15,566 nucleotides of DNA from an uncultured Deferribacteres bacterium (GTDB lineage Bacteria > Zhuqueibacterota > Zhuqueibacteria > Zhuqueibacterales > Geothermadaptataceae). Location: positions 1-15,566 of the forward strand of contig CAXHAT010000185.1 in NCBI GenBank assembly GCA_964014485.1, written 5' to 3'. Each line of letters begins with the position of its first letter. Within the stretch, counting starts at the first letter, position 1. The notes beneath the pieces are model-generated. The model was not told where the DNA came from and searched no databases. It was given only the letters and a program-made list of their open reading frames with translations. Shown here piece after piece: positions 15,279 through 15,566 of the stretch. The translations under genes and the position numbers were made by a program.

Positions 15279-15311
15279 AACCCTGACAGAATTCCGAATC
15301 CTGTCAGGATT
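15279..15311. repeat. Intergenic palindrome (CCTGACAG...CTGTCAGG REP-like element or terminator)
   Basis: AACCCTGACAGAATTC-C-GAATCCTGTCAGGATT, 14/16 arm complementarity, 4 bp after the stop of the upstream gene. Confidence 0.6.
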
Positions 15312-15315
15312 AGGC

Positions 15316-15566
15316 TCAAGCGCCGATTTGCGTGATGGTCCACAAAATAAGAATGATTACGCCGACCAGGCCCCACGCGCCAAAGAAGTCAAGATAGTCC
15401 ATTTTTTGCGGTTTATGAATCTCCCAACTTGTGCCGGGGAAAAGCTTCCTGTGCTCAAATTGCTCCATGCGCGCGGCGTTTTCAGCAACGGCGTTTTTAT
15501 CAGCCGCGTCTGTGGGCTGGACTGGCGTGTGAATTTTGGCGTAAAATCGATCCAGCGCTTTTCGCC
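15316..15566 (-). CDS. C-terminal fragment of a membrane protein, probably sodium:solute symporter family (truncated by the window edge)
   Basis: Manual translation: RKALDRFYAKIHTPVQP...RKLFPGTSWEIHKP...FFGAWGLVGVIILILWTITQIGA*, with TGA at 15318-15316. A cytoplasmic loop followed by a final TM helix resembles SSS transporter tails. Confidence 0.6.
   Translation of the reverse strand, partial: RKALDRFYAKIHTPVQPTDAADKNAVAENAARMEQFEHRKLFPGTSWEIHKPQKMDYLDFFGAWGLVGVIILILWTITQIGA

Overview
Bacterial chromosomal window, probably from an FCB-related lineage such as KSB1, Calditrichota or Ignavibacteriota. That assignment is inferred from a YPNPFNP-type secretion CTD and a PorP/SprF-like barrel. The window opens inside a CRISPR array: eight identical 37-bp repeats, one variant terminal repeat and 34-36-bp spacers. 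No leader or cas genes are in view. Next is a secreted beta-lactamase-fold serine hydrolase (+), then an intergenic cluster of REP/MITE-like palindromes. The rest is a long minus-strand gene run. In transcription order it holds: a partial sodium:solute symporter-like C-terminus, a VOC/glyoxalase-like protein, an MmcQ/YjbR gene interrupted by one in-frame TAG, a GH123/DUF4091 glycosidase, an AT-richer darT-darG DNA ADP-ribosylation toxin-antitoxin pair, a Tat-exported Gfo/Idh/MocA oxidoreductase, AlaX, a PorP/SprF-like barrel fused to two OmpA-like domains, a secreted LTD/propeller/CTD protein and a tocopherol cyclase-like protein. Three signals stand out. Five consecutive CRISPR spacers carry internal hairpins, which may point to structured RNA or ssDNA targets. 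The terminal repeat has a compensatory stem change. The PorP-like barrel is fused to two OmpA-like domains. All family calls come from motif recognition, not database searches.
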